Source: Rhizobium phage IG49. From it: a stretch of 24,000 nucleotides of DNA. The stretch lies in the sequence record PP429227.1; one strand, written 5' to 3'. Each line of letters begins with the position of its first letter. Positions within the stretch are counted from its first letter, which is position 1. Of the stretch, positions 1 to 7,907 are shown one piece after another. Below the pieces are notes generated by a model that had not been told where the DNA came from, searched no databases, and saw only the letters and a program-made list of their open reading frames with translations. The position numbers were made by a program, and so were the translations under genes.

Positions 1-413
1 ACCTCGTTTCTCTCGCGAAGAAGTTGAACCTTGCAATTCTCACAGCTGTTCAGTTTGGTCGTGGAGGTCAGAAGAATTCTTCTCCTGAAGTTTCTGATAT
101 CGCGGAGTCTCAAGCCATCACGAACACTGTCGATTTTCTCTTGGCGATGTTCGACACGGATGAGATGGCTGCAGCCAAAAGGGCGATCGGTAAAATCCTC
201 AAGAACAGATACGGGTCAAAGGACGAACTGAAGACTTTCATCGTTGGTATCGAACGAGCGATGATGAGGTTCTTCGACGTTTCTGAAAACGAGTCTAAAG
301 ACCTTGCTGACAATGTGCGTGATAACGGTCCAACCGATATTCATCGTGCACCGAAATTCGAAAAGAACGGAAAGATAGACAATGACGACTTTGGAACATT
401 CTCGTTCGAGTAA
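1..413 (+). CDS. C-terminal part of DnaB-like replicative DNA helicase (T4 gp41-like), truncated by window edge
   Basis: Frame stays open to base 3. LNLAILTAVQFGRGG...SDIAESQAITNTVDFLLAM...KRAIGKILKNRYG...F.VGIERAMMRFFDV resembles the end of the RecA-fold domain of phage DnaB-family helicases. Confidence 0.7.
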   Translation, partial: LVSLAKKLNLAILTAVQFGRGGQKNSSPEVSDIAESQAITNTVDFLLAMFDTDEMAAAKRAIGKILKNRYGSKDELKTFIVGIERAMMRFFDVSENESKDLADNVRDNGPTDIHRAPKFEKNGKIDNDDFGTFSFE

Positions 414-771
414 TTATAATCTCATCTCGGATATCCGAAAGGAAATAGACGACGGATGGAGTAAAGGAAGGACCCTGTATCGATATAGGGTTCCAGCCAG
501 CGGAGTGCCAACGCTGATCTCGGATTTGCTTGATGGTTCTACAATTCCTTCCGTCGAGGTCATCAGTCTGCGCCTGGCTCAGTTTAACAAGCCTCAATAT
601 CCTCTAACAACGAAGTTCAATGTTTTTGAAACTTCGGATTATCGAATCCGTCCTGGAACGGACAAGATGGTCATCTTCGACGGAGCCAACGAAATTATGC
701 TAGAGGATATCCTGGCTATCAAAACACAAGCGGCGAGTCATGTTGTCGTTCTCATTTTCGAATGGAGCTGA
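382..771 (+). CDS. Hypothetical protein; start uncertain (would overlap upstream gene by 32 nt)
   Basis: Long plus-strand ORF between helicase C-terminus and next gene, stop directly before ATG at 773. Confidence 0.6.
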   Translation: MTTLEHSRSSNYNLISDIRKEIDDGWSKGRTLYRYRVPASGVPTLISDLLDGSTIPSVEVISLRLAQFNKPQYPLTTKFNVFETSDYRIRPGTDKMVIFDGANEIMLEDILAIKTQAASHVVVLIFEWS

Positions 772-772
772 A

Positions 773-1048
773 ATGGAAGAGTCAATTTTCGAAGAAGATG
801 AAGACGTCCGTGTCATCATCAACGCAGGAAGAGTCCCTGATGGGTGGAGAGTCACGAAACTCAAAGGGACGAAGGAATATCGGATCGTTAAGACGATCAA
901 GGTCTGGAATGAGAACAAGGTTCAGCAGAAGATCGAAGGTCTCTTCATTATAGACGGAAGTGCCAATATCAATTCTATCGATCCGGAAACAGAGATCGTT
1001 ATGATCCTGCATCCGTACAATCTCCTTCAGATCATGGGAGAAGTGTAG
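773..1048 (+). CDS. Hypothetical protein
   Basis: Start refined from the ORF track (740) to ATG 773 (MEESIFEEDEDV...), directly after the upstream TGA. Confidence 0.65.
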   Translation: MEESIFEEDEDVRVIINAGRVPDGWRVTKLKGTKEYRIVKTIKVWNENKVQQKIEGLFIIDGSANINSIDPETEIVMILHPYNLLQIMGEV

Positions 1049-1075
1049 CAAAATAATCCGAAAGGAAATTTTGCT

Positions 1076-1663
1076 ATGATTGGATTTGATTACTCGATGT
1101 CATCCCCTGCTATGTGCGTGACTCATAAAGGAACATTTGAAATCCACTTTGTGACGGCCAAGAAGAAATTCAAAGACTTCTTCGCTGAACAAAGTGGATT
1201 TCGCGTATATGGTCATTACTACGACCACAAGAAGGAAGGGCATGAGGACATCCAGCGATTTGGGACAATCGCAGGCAAATTTCTCGAAATCCTTCGTCAC
1301 CACCATTTCGACACTGATCCTGTAGGTCTAGCATACTTCGAAGCATACGCGTTCGGAGCAAAAGGGATGTTGGCAAATATCGGCGAGTGTACGGGAATCA
1401 TGAAGCACGAGCTCGTGAAGATGGGATTCAGGATCGAGACTATCTCTCCAACGTCCGTCAAGAAATATGCCTCCGGCGCTGGCAATGCCAAGAAGGAAGA
1501 TATGGCTGAAGCCTTCAAGAACCAGAATGGGTTCTATATCCACGACCTTCTTGGTTGCAAAATAGGCGATTCTCCAGCATCAGACGTCGTCGACGCGTAT
1601 TATGTCTACCTCTCCGGTAAGATGGATGACTTCTCAAATGGATTGCTAAGAAATCCAAAATAG
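1076..1663 (+). CDS. RuvC-like / RNase H-fold Holliday junction resolvase-like nuclease
   Basis: N-terminal MIGFDYSMSSPA, central YFEAYAFGAKGMLANIGECTGIM, ISPTSVKKYASGAGNAKKEDM, C-terminal SPASDVVDAYYVY: spacing of acidic residues as in the phage/poxvirus RuvC-like family. SD AAAGGAAA. Confidence 0.8.
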   Translation: MIGFDYSMSSPAMCVTHKGTFEIHFVTAKKKFKDFFAEQSGFRVYGHYYDHKKEGHEDIQRFGTIAGKFLEILRHHHFDTDPVGLAYFEAYAFGAKGMLANIGECTGIMKHELVKMGFRIETISPTSVKKYASGAGNAKKEDMAEAFKNQNGFYIHDLLGCKIGDSPASDVVDAYYVYLSGKMDDFSNGLLRNPK

Positions 1664-1726
1664 TCTAAAAGAAGTATTCCACTCCGTCGAAAGCTGTGGT
1701 ATAAGACAACTGTACGGGAAACTCCG

Positions 1727-2215
1727 ATGCCTTACAACCCTAATAAATATCCTAAAGCGAGGAACATCTCACGAAGCTTTGCCACTGACAGAAATTTCAA
1801 TCTTGCCTTCTCACAGTTCGTTTACGGACTAGGTAAGAATGGTTCCGGTAATACGCATTTCAGTTTCACGTCATACGTGTCTTCGACTGAAGCCTATCCG
1901 GTAGCCTTTACTCCAGAAATTGCTGTCAAGTACGAAGTCGATCTGATCTTCATCGGTAATCTTCAGAATGAGTCTTGGATGATGTTCCATGTTTCTGAAT
2001 TTAGACCGACTGACGATGAAACAGGAGAACCGAAAGCGAAGTACCTATCTTCGTTCAAGGTGCCTGTGAGTTTTGATCTTGAAGCGATCAGACGTTCTTA
2101 CTTTGAAAGGCCAGCTATCATCGACGGCGAAAACATTAGGTTCGAGTCTGGTCTCGGAGGTTCCCTGTTTGTCATCAACAAAACAGGACTTTCGAAAATT
2201 GACGAAGTTACTTAG
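1727..2215 (+). CDS. Hypothetical protein, 162 aa
   Basis: Complete ORF in strand-consistent position; no recognised motif. Confidence 0.65.
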   Translation: MPYNPNKYPKARNISRSFATDRNFNLAFSQFVYGLGKNGSGNTHFSFTSYVSSTEAYPVAFTPEIAVKYEVDLIFIGNLQNESWMMFHVSEFRPTDDETGEPKAKYLSSFKVPVSFDLEAIRRSYFERPAIIDGENIRFESGLGGSLFVINKTGLSKIDEVT

Positions 2216-2792
2216 GTAATGTCCAACCTTTGTACGATGCAGATTTTCCTAGGAGCAATTGGCTAATAGCTCCCTTGTTGAGGCCGTGTTCGAGACAGAA
2301 TTCGGCCCTTCCAACAAACTCGTGTAATATCCCATCTGGAGAAATCAATTTTCCTGATTTCATTCTTTTCGTAGTTCGATTTGCTCTTTGAATCGCAAAC
2401 GTTTCTCGAAGTCTTCTTCTAGTTTCTTCTGAATTTTTCGGAATTCCTGATTCTTTCCTTTTACGATTGATTTCCTCATGCTTCAATCGAGTTTCAGGGG
2501 ACCATTTCCTAGCTCCTCCGAATCCTCCGGGAGCTAAATTGTAAAAGTCTTTAGACTCTATGGCGTCGTACTTAATAATGAAGTGCGCTTCCATAACAGA
2601 ACACTCTTCCCTAGATTCGTATTCTCCTAAGATTTTGCATGAGAAGTTTTCAATTCCGTATTTCTTTATTGCTCTAGAGATTAATTTCCCTGAACCTCGA
2701 TAATTGTCTTTTAGAGGATTAACGTTGTGCTGACCTATGTATTTCTTGCCGTTTAAGATATTCTCGGTCATATAGACATAAAACATTTCCAT
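2208..2792 (-). CDS. GIY-YIG homing endonuclease with C-terminal NUMOD/IENR-type DNA-binding region
   Basis: FYVYMTENILNGKKYIGQHNVN...YRGSG; ...RKESGIPKNSEETRRRLRE...SPDGILHEFVGRAEFCLEHGLNKGAISQLLLGKSASYKGW. Strong SD (AAAGGAGA) on the minus strand before the start. Confidence 0.85.
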   Translation of the reverse strand: MEMFYVYMTENILNGKKYIGQHNVNPLKDNYRGSGKLISRAIKKYGIENFSCKILGEYESREECSVMEAHFIIKYDAIESKDFYNLAPGGFGGARKWSPETRLKHEEINRKRKESGIPKNSEETRRRLRETFAIQRANRTTKRMKSGKLISPDGILHEFVGRAEFCLEHGLNKGAISQLLLGKSASYKGWTLPK

Positions 2793-2855
2793 TCTCCTTT
2801 AAGTTGTGTTATTTAAGAAAGGTACACCGTTCGTGTAATCTCAAAAGGAAATTTA

Positions 2856-3455
2856 ATGACGCTACTAGAGAAATCAGACGCTGACTTATTAATGAAGCAG
2901 CTCGAAGTCGTTCGCATATCTTCAGGGATCATCAGAAATCATACTACGATGGTTTCGAACGGTTCTGCTTATTCGAACGGGGCCCATATCGGGAACTGTA
3001 TTCAGCTCCTTCTCCTCGTTCTTCCTACAGCATCTCCTGCACTTATTCGACACACGGTTTTCCACGACTATCCTGAGTTCGTGACCGGTGACATCGTCGG
3101 GGACGCCAAGGTCAAGTTCCCAGAGCTCAAAGCTGTTGTGGACATCATCGAAGAAAAGATCGACAAGGAGTTTATTATCCTTGACGGTTATGATATGAAT
3201 GAAGCTGAACAGAAATTCTTGAAAGCTCTCGATCGTCTTGAGCTCTATATTTGGTGCCTCGAGCAATACCAGCTCGGCTGCCGTTCTCCGCGATTCATGA
3301 AAATGGTAGATCGCCTAGAAATCGCAGTCGTAGATTTCATCAACGCTGGATCGAAGATCGCCGAAGGAGATGACGATCTTATCGCTATTGATGAAGGCTT
3401 CAAGAAGCTCGGTGTCATCTACCGTCGAACATACGAATCATTCTTTGACATTTGA
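2856..3455 (+). CDS. HD-domain phosphohydrolase (YfbR/5'-nucleotidase-like)
   Basis: NGAHIGNC...RHTVFHDYPEFVTGDIVGDAK...KALDRLELYIWCLEQ: HD motif and TGDI as in YfbR-like nucleotidases. SD AAAAGGAAA. Confidence 0.75.
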   Translation: MTLLEKSDADLLMKQLEVVRISSGIIRNHTTMVSNGSAYSNGAHIGNCIQLLLLVLPTASPALIRHTVFHDYPEFVTGDIVGDAKVKFPELKAVVDIIEEKIDKEFIILDGYDMNEAEQKFLKALDRLELYIWCLEQYQLGCRSPRFMKMVDRLEIAVVDFINAGSKIAEGDDDLIAIDEGFKKLGVIYRRTYESFFDI

Positions 3456-3468
3456 ATAAGGACAACTC

Positions 3469-4089
3469 ATGGCATTCCGCGTAGGATTTGTCGGATATAA
3501 GAACTCCGGCAAAACTCACATCTCATCGAAGCTGAAGTCTGCATCAGTTTTCGTAAAGACAATTGGTTTTTCTGATCCTCTTTATGAAACGGTCGTTGCA
3601 GCCACCGGCATTCCTATGGAAGATTTCCAGAACAAGGAAATCAGAGAACTTCCTGATCCTCGTCTTGGAGGTCGGTCTATCCAGTACGCTCTGAACACTC
3701 TTGGCTCTGAATGGGGTCGAAAGATGATGTTCGAAGAGATTTGGACGAACCGCGCTTTCAAAAATGAAGAAGACGATATGATCAACATTTTCGACAATGT
3801 TCGGTTTACAAACGAACTCGAAGGTGTTAGAAAAGGTTCGAAGAGTGTTCTCTTCGCCATCAAAAATCGAGACGTCAAAAATGACGGATCGTATCCAGAG
3901 AAGGAAATCGCGAAGCTCCAGAAGCAGTGCGATTTCGTGATCGATAACACAGGTCAACAGTTCGCGATGGACACTCACGCTATGACCTTGTTCCTCGATT
4001 ATCTCCACGTCATATCCGCCAATCACCTATCCATTGAGGAGGCAGCATATTGCCTTCACGGTGTGAAATACATTCTGCCGAAATTCTGA
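3469..4089 (+). CDS. Deoxynucleoside monophosphate kinase (T4 gp1-like)
   Basis: P-loop GFVGYKNSGKTHISSKL at N-terminus; EWGRKMMFEEIWTNRAF; DNVRFTNELEGVRKG typical of phage dNMP kinases. Confidence 0.85.
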   Translation: MAFRVGFVGYKNSGKTHISSKLKSASVFVKTIGFSDPLYETVVAATGIPMEDFQNKEIRELPDPRLGGRSIQYALNTLGSEWGRKMMFEEIWTNRAFKNEEDDMINIFDNVRFTNELEGVRKGSKSVLFAIKNRDVKNDGSYPEKEIAKLQKQCDFVIDNTGQQFAMDTHAMTLFLDYLHVISANHLSIEEAAYCLHGVKYILPKF

Positions 4090-4099
4090 AAGGACTGAA

Positions 4100-4579
4100 A
4101 TGAAACCCGAACAAACGAAAACTGAACATAACGCCGATATCCTCTTCGACAAGGTGCACGAGATGCACGCGAAGTTCGGTTTCCATGAAGCGGCCGATGG
4201 CATGACAAATGATCGGTTCTGGGAATTCATGAAGTTCCGTGTCAACGTCCAGATGCGTGAAGAACTCGAAGAAATCCTCACCGCCATCGAAAACCGTGAT
4301 GCTGAAGAACTGTTCGATGGCTTGATCGACATCGACGTTTTCCAGAAGGGCACTGTCGACTTCCTGGTCTCGAAGGAAAAGTATCTAGAAGGCTACGCTC
4401 GCGTGATGGATGCAAACCTGGCCAAGGAACGAGGCATCAAGCCAGGTCGTCCGAACCCTTTCAGACTTCCTGATCTTCTGAAGCCTGAAGGCTGGACAGC
4501 TCCGACCCATGAAGGTCTTTTCGACGAAATCCAGGCGCATTTTGATCGACCAGGTGTTTACAACGACGAAGCCGCGTGA
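4100..4579 (+). CDS. MazG-like / all-alpha NTP pyrophosphohydrolase family protein
   Basis: MREELEEILTAIENRDAEELFDGLIDIDVFQKGT...Y..GYARVMDANLAKERG: ExxE...DxxD pattern of the MazG/PRA-PH superfamily. Confidence 0.8.
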   Translation: MKPEQTKTEHNADILFDKVHEMHAKFGFHEAADGMTNDRFWEFMKFRVNVQMREELEEILTAIENRDAEELFDGLIDIDVFQKGTVDFLVSKEKYLEGYARVMDANLAKERGIKPGRPNPFRLPDLLKPEGWTAPTHEGLFDEIQAHFDRPGVYNDEAA

Positions 4580-4613
4580 TAAGCTGAATTCGTAATCTGA
4601 AAAAGGAAAAGAA

Positions 4614-5378
4614 ATGACAAACGCCTATCACACATTTGAAGATGCTTATGCTGACGTCTTGGACCAGATCGTCAACTTCGGCAATACTCGAGAATCGTCT
4701 TTCGGTTCTTCGAAGGAGCTTCGGAACTTCGTCTACGAGATTGCCAATCCGAGCACATTTGTTGAAACTTGGCCGACTGAGCGAAAGCCATCTGAAGAAT
4801 ATGCAAAGGCTTTCGCCGATTGGGTTCTCTCAGGTTCTGACGTCATGCCGAAATCTTTGATCGAACTCAATCCGATTGCAGACAAGTTCAACTATCGTCG
4901 TGAAGACCTGGAAGCTTTCGAACTCCCATCGTCGTTCTCGGTCTTCTACGGTCCTCGTATCGCTCAGCAGTACGACAACGTCAAGAATGAACTTCGTGCA
5001 TTCCCTGAGACTCGTCGAGCAGTCATTTCTGTTCTCGATGGCATCAACGACAACAAGATGCTTTCAGCGCTCCGTGACGATCTTCTCCAGAAGGTCGAAT
5101 ATCCTTGTACGGTAGCTCTGATCTTTGATATCACGAAGGACACGGATGGAATTTCCTATCTGAACGTGACGTCGATGATGCGTTCGCAGAACATGGTCTC
5201 TGTATGGCCATATGACTTCTTCATCGCCAAAACTCTTCTCGAGAAAATGGCAAAGGATATCGGAGTCCAGGTCGGAACCGTCTCCGGCATTATTTCGTCT
5301 GCTCACATCTACGGTCGTGATGTAGAGTACGCGAAGTCTTTCGTAGAAGCCTACGATAATATTCCTTACGGAGGTTAA
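4614..5378 (+). CDS. Divergent thymidylate synthase-fold enzyme, candidate dCMP hydroxymethylase/methylase
   Basis: FYGPRIAQQYDNVKNELRAFPETRRAVISVLDGIND aligns with YG.QWR...QI..VI..LK..P.SRR.I.S.WN; VEYPCTVALIFDI with L.PCH...QF (Cys nucleophile); MMRSQNMVSVWPYDFFIAKTLLEKMAKDIGVQVGTVSGIISSAHIYGRDVE with [21 protein letters not shown]..M.A...G...G........D.H.Y..H. Confidence 0.8.
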   Translation: MTNAYHTFEDAYADVLDQIVNFGNTRESSFGSSKELRNFVYEIANPSTFVETWPTERKPSEEYAKAFADWVLSGSDVMPKSLIELNPIADKFNYRREDLEAFELPSSFSVFYGPRIAQQYDNVKNELRAFPETRRAVISVLDGINDNKMLSALRDDLLQKVEYPCTVALIFDITKDTDGISYLNVTSMMRSQNMVSVWPYDFFIAKTLLEKMAKDIGVQVGTVSGIISSAHIYGRDVEYAKSFVEAYDNIPYGG

Positions 5379-5379
5379 T

Positions 5380-6486
5380 TTGGCAATTCGAGTACCAACA
5401 AAAAACATAGGAAAGAGCATAGGTGACTATGCTTCTCTCCATAGCCTCAAAGAGATTTGCGTTTTCCAGCAATACTCAATGAGGTCTTACGAGACAGGTC
5501 TCTATGACGTTCTCACTGATGGCAATGTCAATTCGATGGTCAAGATCATCACTGCGGCATGTGCAACGGCGAAGAAGAACGGAAATCCGATCAAAGCGGT
5601 TTCGGTCTCGTGTCCTGATCCGTCTTTCGTGAAAGGTGGAGACGATGCTCTCGAAGCTCTTCGGAAGAAGTTCTCTGTCTGTGGAGCTGACATCTTCTTG
5701 TTCGATGTCGACTACGGTTCGAATGCAAAGGAAAACCGATACGTCGTTTCCGGTCAACCTCTCGACTATGAAGCTCTCAACATCACGTACTTCAAGCACA
5801 ATCGCGAAGAAAATGAACACACGATCTTCGTATGTCCAGGTTCTCCTCGACCTGAAAATCCGTTGTACGATGAGTCGGAATTCGATTACTTCCAGGAAGC
5901 GATCTTGAATTCCGATATGACATTCTTCTACAACTGGAACCAGGCAAGGTTCGGTGCATATCATCGGTGCTTCGAAGCGGCTGGAGTGACTTTCGAGATG
6001 TCTCGAAATCGTGTAATCGACGATCCTCTTCCGAGGTTCCATTACTATTTCCCGTATCGACTGACGGACAAGGACTATCTCTTCGATGAGTTCATCTCCG
6101 ATCTTCCGAACGGAACGGTGGTAGCTGTGACCGATCCGAACGAATCTCTCGGTCACATGAATGCTCTCTCCGTCGTCCAGAGTGAGAAAAATCCTGGTGT
6201 GACTCTCATGAAGATCGATCCTCGGACTCATCTCGATATCGTCCGTTCGATCATCATCGACAACGAGATTGCTTTCAACTCTGGCAAGAAGTACAAGCCT
6301 CTTCGGCAGATTGTGATCACGTCTCGTCTCTCGAAGACTCTTCACATGGGTCCTGCTGAGATGTTCTCCATCGCGTATCCGAAAGGTGCCACGAGAAAGA
6401 AGGACATCAACCACTTCAAGTTCATCGAAGCTGGCACGACTGAATTCGAATTCGAAACAGAGAGCGAACGAGCTCTAGGAAGGTAA
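5380..6486 (+). CDS. Unknown 368-aa protein translationally coupled to the TS-fold gene; possible DNA-base modification partner
   Basis: TTG start at 5380 preceded by GGAGG with good spacing, starting one base after the upstream stop; long uninterrupted ORF. Confidence 0.75.
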   Translation: MAIRVPTKNIGKSIGDYASLHSLKEICVFQQYSMRSYETGLYDVLTDGNVNSMVKIITAACATAKKNGNPIKAVSVSCPDPSFVKGGDDALEALRKKFSVCGADIFLFDVDYGSNAKENRYVVSGQPLDYEALNITYFKHNREENEHTIFVCPGSPRPENPLYDESEFDYFQEAILNSDMTFFYNWNQARFGAYHRCFEAAGVTFEMSRNRVIDDPLPRFHYYFPYRLTDKDYLFDEFISDLPNGTVVAVTDPNESLGHMNALSVVQSEKNPGVTLMKIDPRTHLDIVRSIIIDNEIAFNSGKKYKPLRQIVITSRLSKTLHMGPAEMFSIAYPKGATRKKDINHFKFIEAGTTEFEFETESERALGR

Positions 6487-6490
6487 TGAC

Positions 6491-6688
6491 ATGATACTTC
6501 GTCCTGAAGATATTGAGATTAACACATACAGCTCCAGGCCGTCAGGGTTAGTCAATGTTGCTCCGGATGGAGTATCTATTGTCCATCTCCCTACCGGCAC
6601 TGTGGCACGGTTCCACGGCTACAATAGTCAACATAAGAACCGTGCTGTAGCCATGGAAATGATTTCCGTAGCTATTAGAAATTTGTAA
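6491..6688 (+). CDS. Small RF-1/class I release-factor catalytic-domain-like protein lacking the GGQ loop
   Basis: EINTYSSRPSGLVNVAPDGVSIVHLPTGTVARFHGYNSQHKNRAVAMEMI aligns with the RF1/RF2 domain (..[49 protein letters not shown]..), with the AGGQH segment replaced by a single L. Confidence 0.8.
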   Translation: MILRPEDIEINTYSSRPSGLVNVAPDGVSIVHLPTGTVARFHGYNSQHKNRAVAMEMISVAIRNL

Positions 6689-6696
6689 TTTTTCTT

Positions 6697-6739
6697 GTTT
6701 ACATCCGTTTCATTCTTGTATAGATTGACGGATGTAAAC
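6697..6739. repeat. 12-bp perfect inverted repeat GTTTACATCCGT / ACGGATGTAAAC with 19-nt spacer
   Basis: Read directly: arms 6697-6708 and 6728-6739. Confidence 0.9.
6698..6724 (+). promoter_or_regulatory. Promoter-like element TTTACA-N15-TATAGA
   Basis: Member of the recurring TTTACa / TAT box family; upstream of the TM/SPFH gene pair. Confidence 0.5.
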
Positions 6740-6764
6740 TCAACCTCCAACTGAAAGAAATCAA

Positions 6765-6968
6765 GTGAACCATCAACGGAACTTCTCCATTATCGCTCTA
6801 GTAGCGGTTGTGGTATTCTTCTTCGGATATCTTGGTCCGGCACTCATTTCTGCCAAGAATACGATCCTCAACCTCGGCGGTGTATTCCTCGGAGTCCTGC
6901 TGATCTACGTGATCGTGACTCTGGCATACAACGTCATTCAGAAACTCATCAAAGGAAAGAACTCTTGA
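6765..6968 (+). CDS. Small membrane protein (two predicted TM segments), GTG start
   Basis: Hydrophobic segments FSIIALVAVVVFFFGYLGPALI and ILNLGGVFLGVLLIYVIVTLAYNVI; overlaps next gene by 4 nt. Confidence 0.65.
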   Translation: MNHQRNFSIIALVAVVVFFFGYLGPALISAKNTILNLGGVFLGVLLIYVIVTLAYNVIQKLIKGKNS

Positions 6969-7804
6969 AGCTATCTCGCATTATCTCCGTCGGTCTCCTG
7001 GCCGCTCTCGTCGCATCCTGTGCTCGTGTCGAAGCCGGTAACGTCGGCATCAAGGTAAAGCTCCTTGGTGACGAAAAAGGTGTAAGCAACACTGAAGTCC
7101 TTGGTCCAGGTCGATACTGGGAAGGTTGGAACGAAAAGATTTACACGTTCCCGACATTCACTCAGAACAAAATCTGGGAAGCCGACAAGGACTCTCCGAA
7201 GAAGGCATTCGAATTCCAGACCAACCAGGGCATGGTTGTCTCCGTTGATATGGGTCTCTCGTACTACGTCCAGGCTGAATCTGCAGCAACGGTCTTCCAG
7301 AAGTATCGTCGCGGTATCGACGAGATTACCGACATTTATCTGAAGAACATGATCCGTGACTCTCTTGTCGCGGAAGGTTCCAAGATCACTGTCGAAGACG
7401 CGTATGGTGCTGGCAAGGAAGCTCTCCTGGAACGTGTCCAGGATCGTGTCCGAAAGCAGGTCGAAGATATCGGCATCAAGATCGAACGTATCTACTGGAT
7501 CGGTCAGTTCCAGCTTCCTCAGGAAGTCATCGAGAAGATCAACGCGAAAATCCAAGCAGGTCAGATGACCGAACAGCGTCTTCAGGAAGTCGAACAATCT
7601 CGAGCTGAAGCTCAGAAGCTGGAAGCTGAAGCTCTCGGTCTGAAGAATGCAGCCATTCTCAAGGCTGAAGGCGAAGCGGAAGCTAACCGACTCATCACAG
7701 AGTCGATCTCTGAAGAACTGATTCGGTACAAGCAGATCGACACCTGGGATGGCGTACTTCCGAAGGTTACCGGTGGTGCAACTCCGATGATCAAGATCGA
7801 TTGA
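6965..7804 (+). CDS. SPFH/prohibitin (band 7) domain lipoprotein
   Basis: Lipobox-like LVASC after MKLSRIISVGLLAA; GNVGIKV...GPGRYWEGWNEKIYTFPTF...GMVVSVDMGLSYYV...LQEVEQSRAEAQKLEAEALGLKNAAILKAEGEAEANRLITESISEELIRYKQIDTWDGVLPKVTGG typical of prohibitin-like proteins. TTG start. Confidence 0.85.
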   Translation: MKLSRIISVGLLAALVASCARVEAGNVGIKVKLLGDEKGVSNTEVLGPGRYWEGWNEKIYTFPTFTQNKIWEADKDSPKKAFEFQTNQGMVVSVDMGLSYYVQAESAATVFQKYRRGIDEITDIYLKNMIRDSLVAEGSKITVEDAYGAGKEALLERVQDRVRKQVEDIGIKIERIYWIGQFQLPQEVIEKINAKIQAGQMTEQRLQEVEQSRAEAQKLEAEALGLKNAAILKAEGEAEANRLITESISEELIRYKQIDTWDGVLPKVTGGATPMIKID

Positions 7805-7812
7805 TCAAACTT

Positions 7813-7838
7813 TCCAAGGCGATTAATTTCGCCTTGGA
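7813..7838 (+). terminator. 10-bp stem-loop TCCAAGGCGA-TTAATT-TCGCCTTGGA after the SPFH gene
   Basis: Perfect hairpin between convergent function blocks, followed by ATTTAG and the next promoter-like element. No classical U-tract, so terminator function is inferred. Confidence 0.6.
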
Positions 7839-7851
7839 GGGGATTTAGACG

Positions 7852-7880
7852 TTTACGAAAACGATTTCCTATTATATGCT
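7852..7880 (+). promoter_or_regulatory. Promoter-like element TTTACG-N17-TATGCT
   Basis: Recurring intergenic motif, upstream of the gene at 7908. Confidence 0.6.
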
Positions 7881-7907
7881 GGTGCCAAATCAACAAGAGG
7901 AAACGAA

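Noticed and set aside
1664-1726. Possible promoter/inverted repeat TATTCCAC ... GTGGTATAAG before 1727
   Set aside because: The -35 box does not match the recurring TTTACa motif and the repeat has a mismatch; too weak to list as a feature.
2793-2855. Possible divergent promoters between the first GIY-YIG gene and the HD gene
   Set aside because: Only poor matches (TTTAAG-N17-GTAATC on plus, ATTACA-N17-TTAAAT on minus); not supported well enough.
5476-6414. 312-aa minus-strand ORF antisense to the 5380-6486 gene
   Set aside because: Shadow ORF: composition is Arg/Asp/Glu/Ile-rich as expected from reverse reading of a biased coding strand, no SD/neighbour logic, and the sense ORF has a strong SD and operon fit.
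6971-7597. 208-aa minus-strand ORF
   Set aside because: Antisense to the SPFH gene, no supporting signals.
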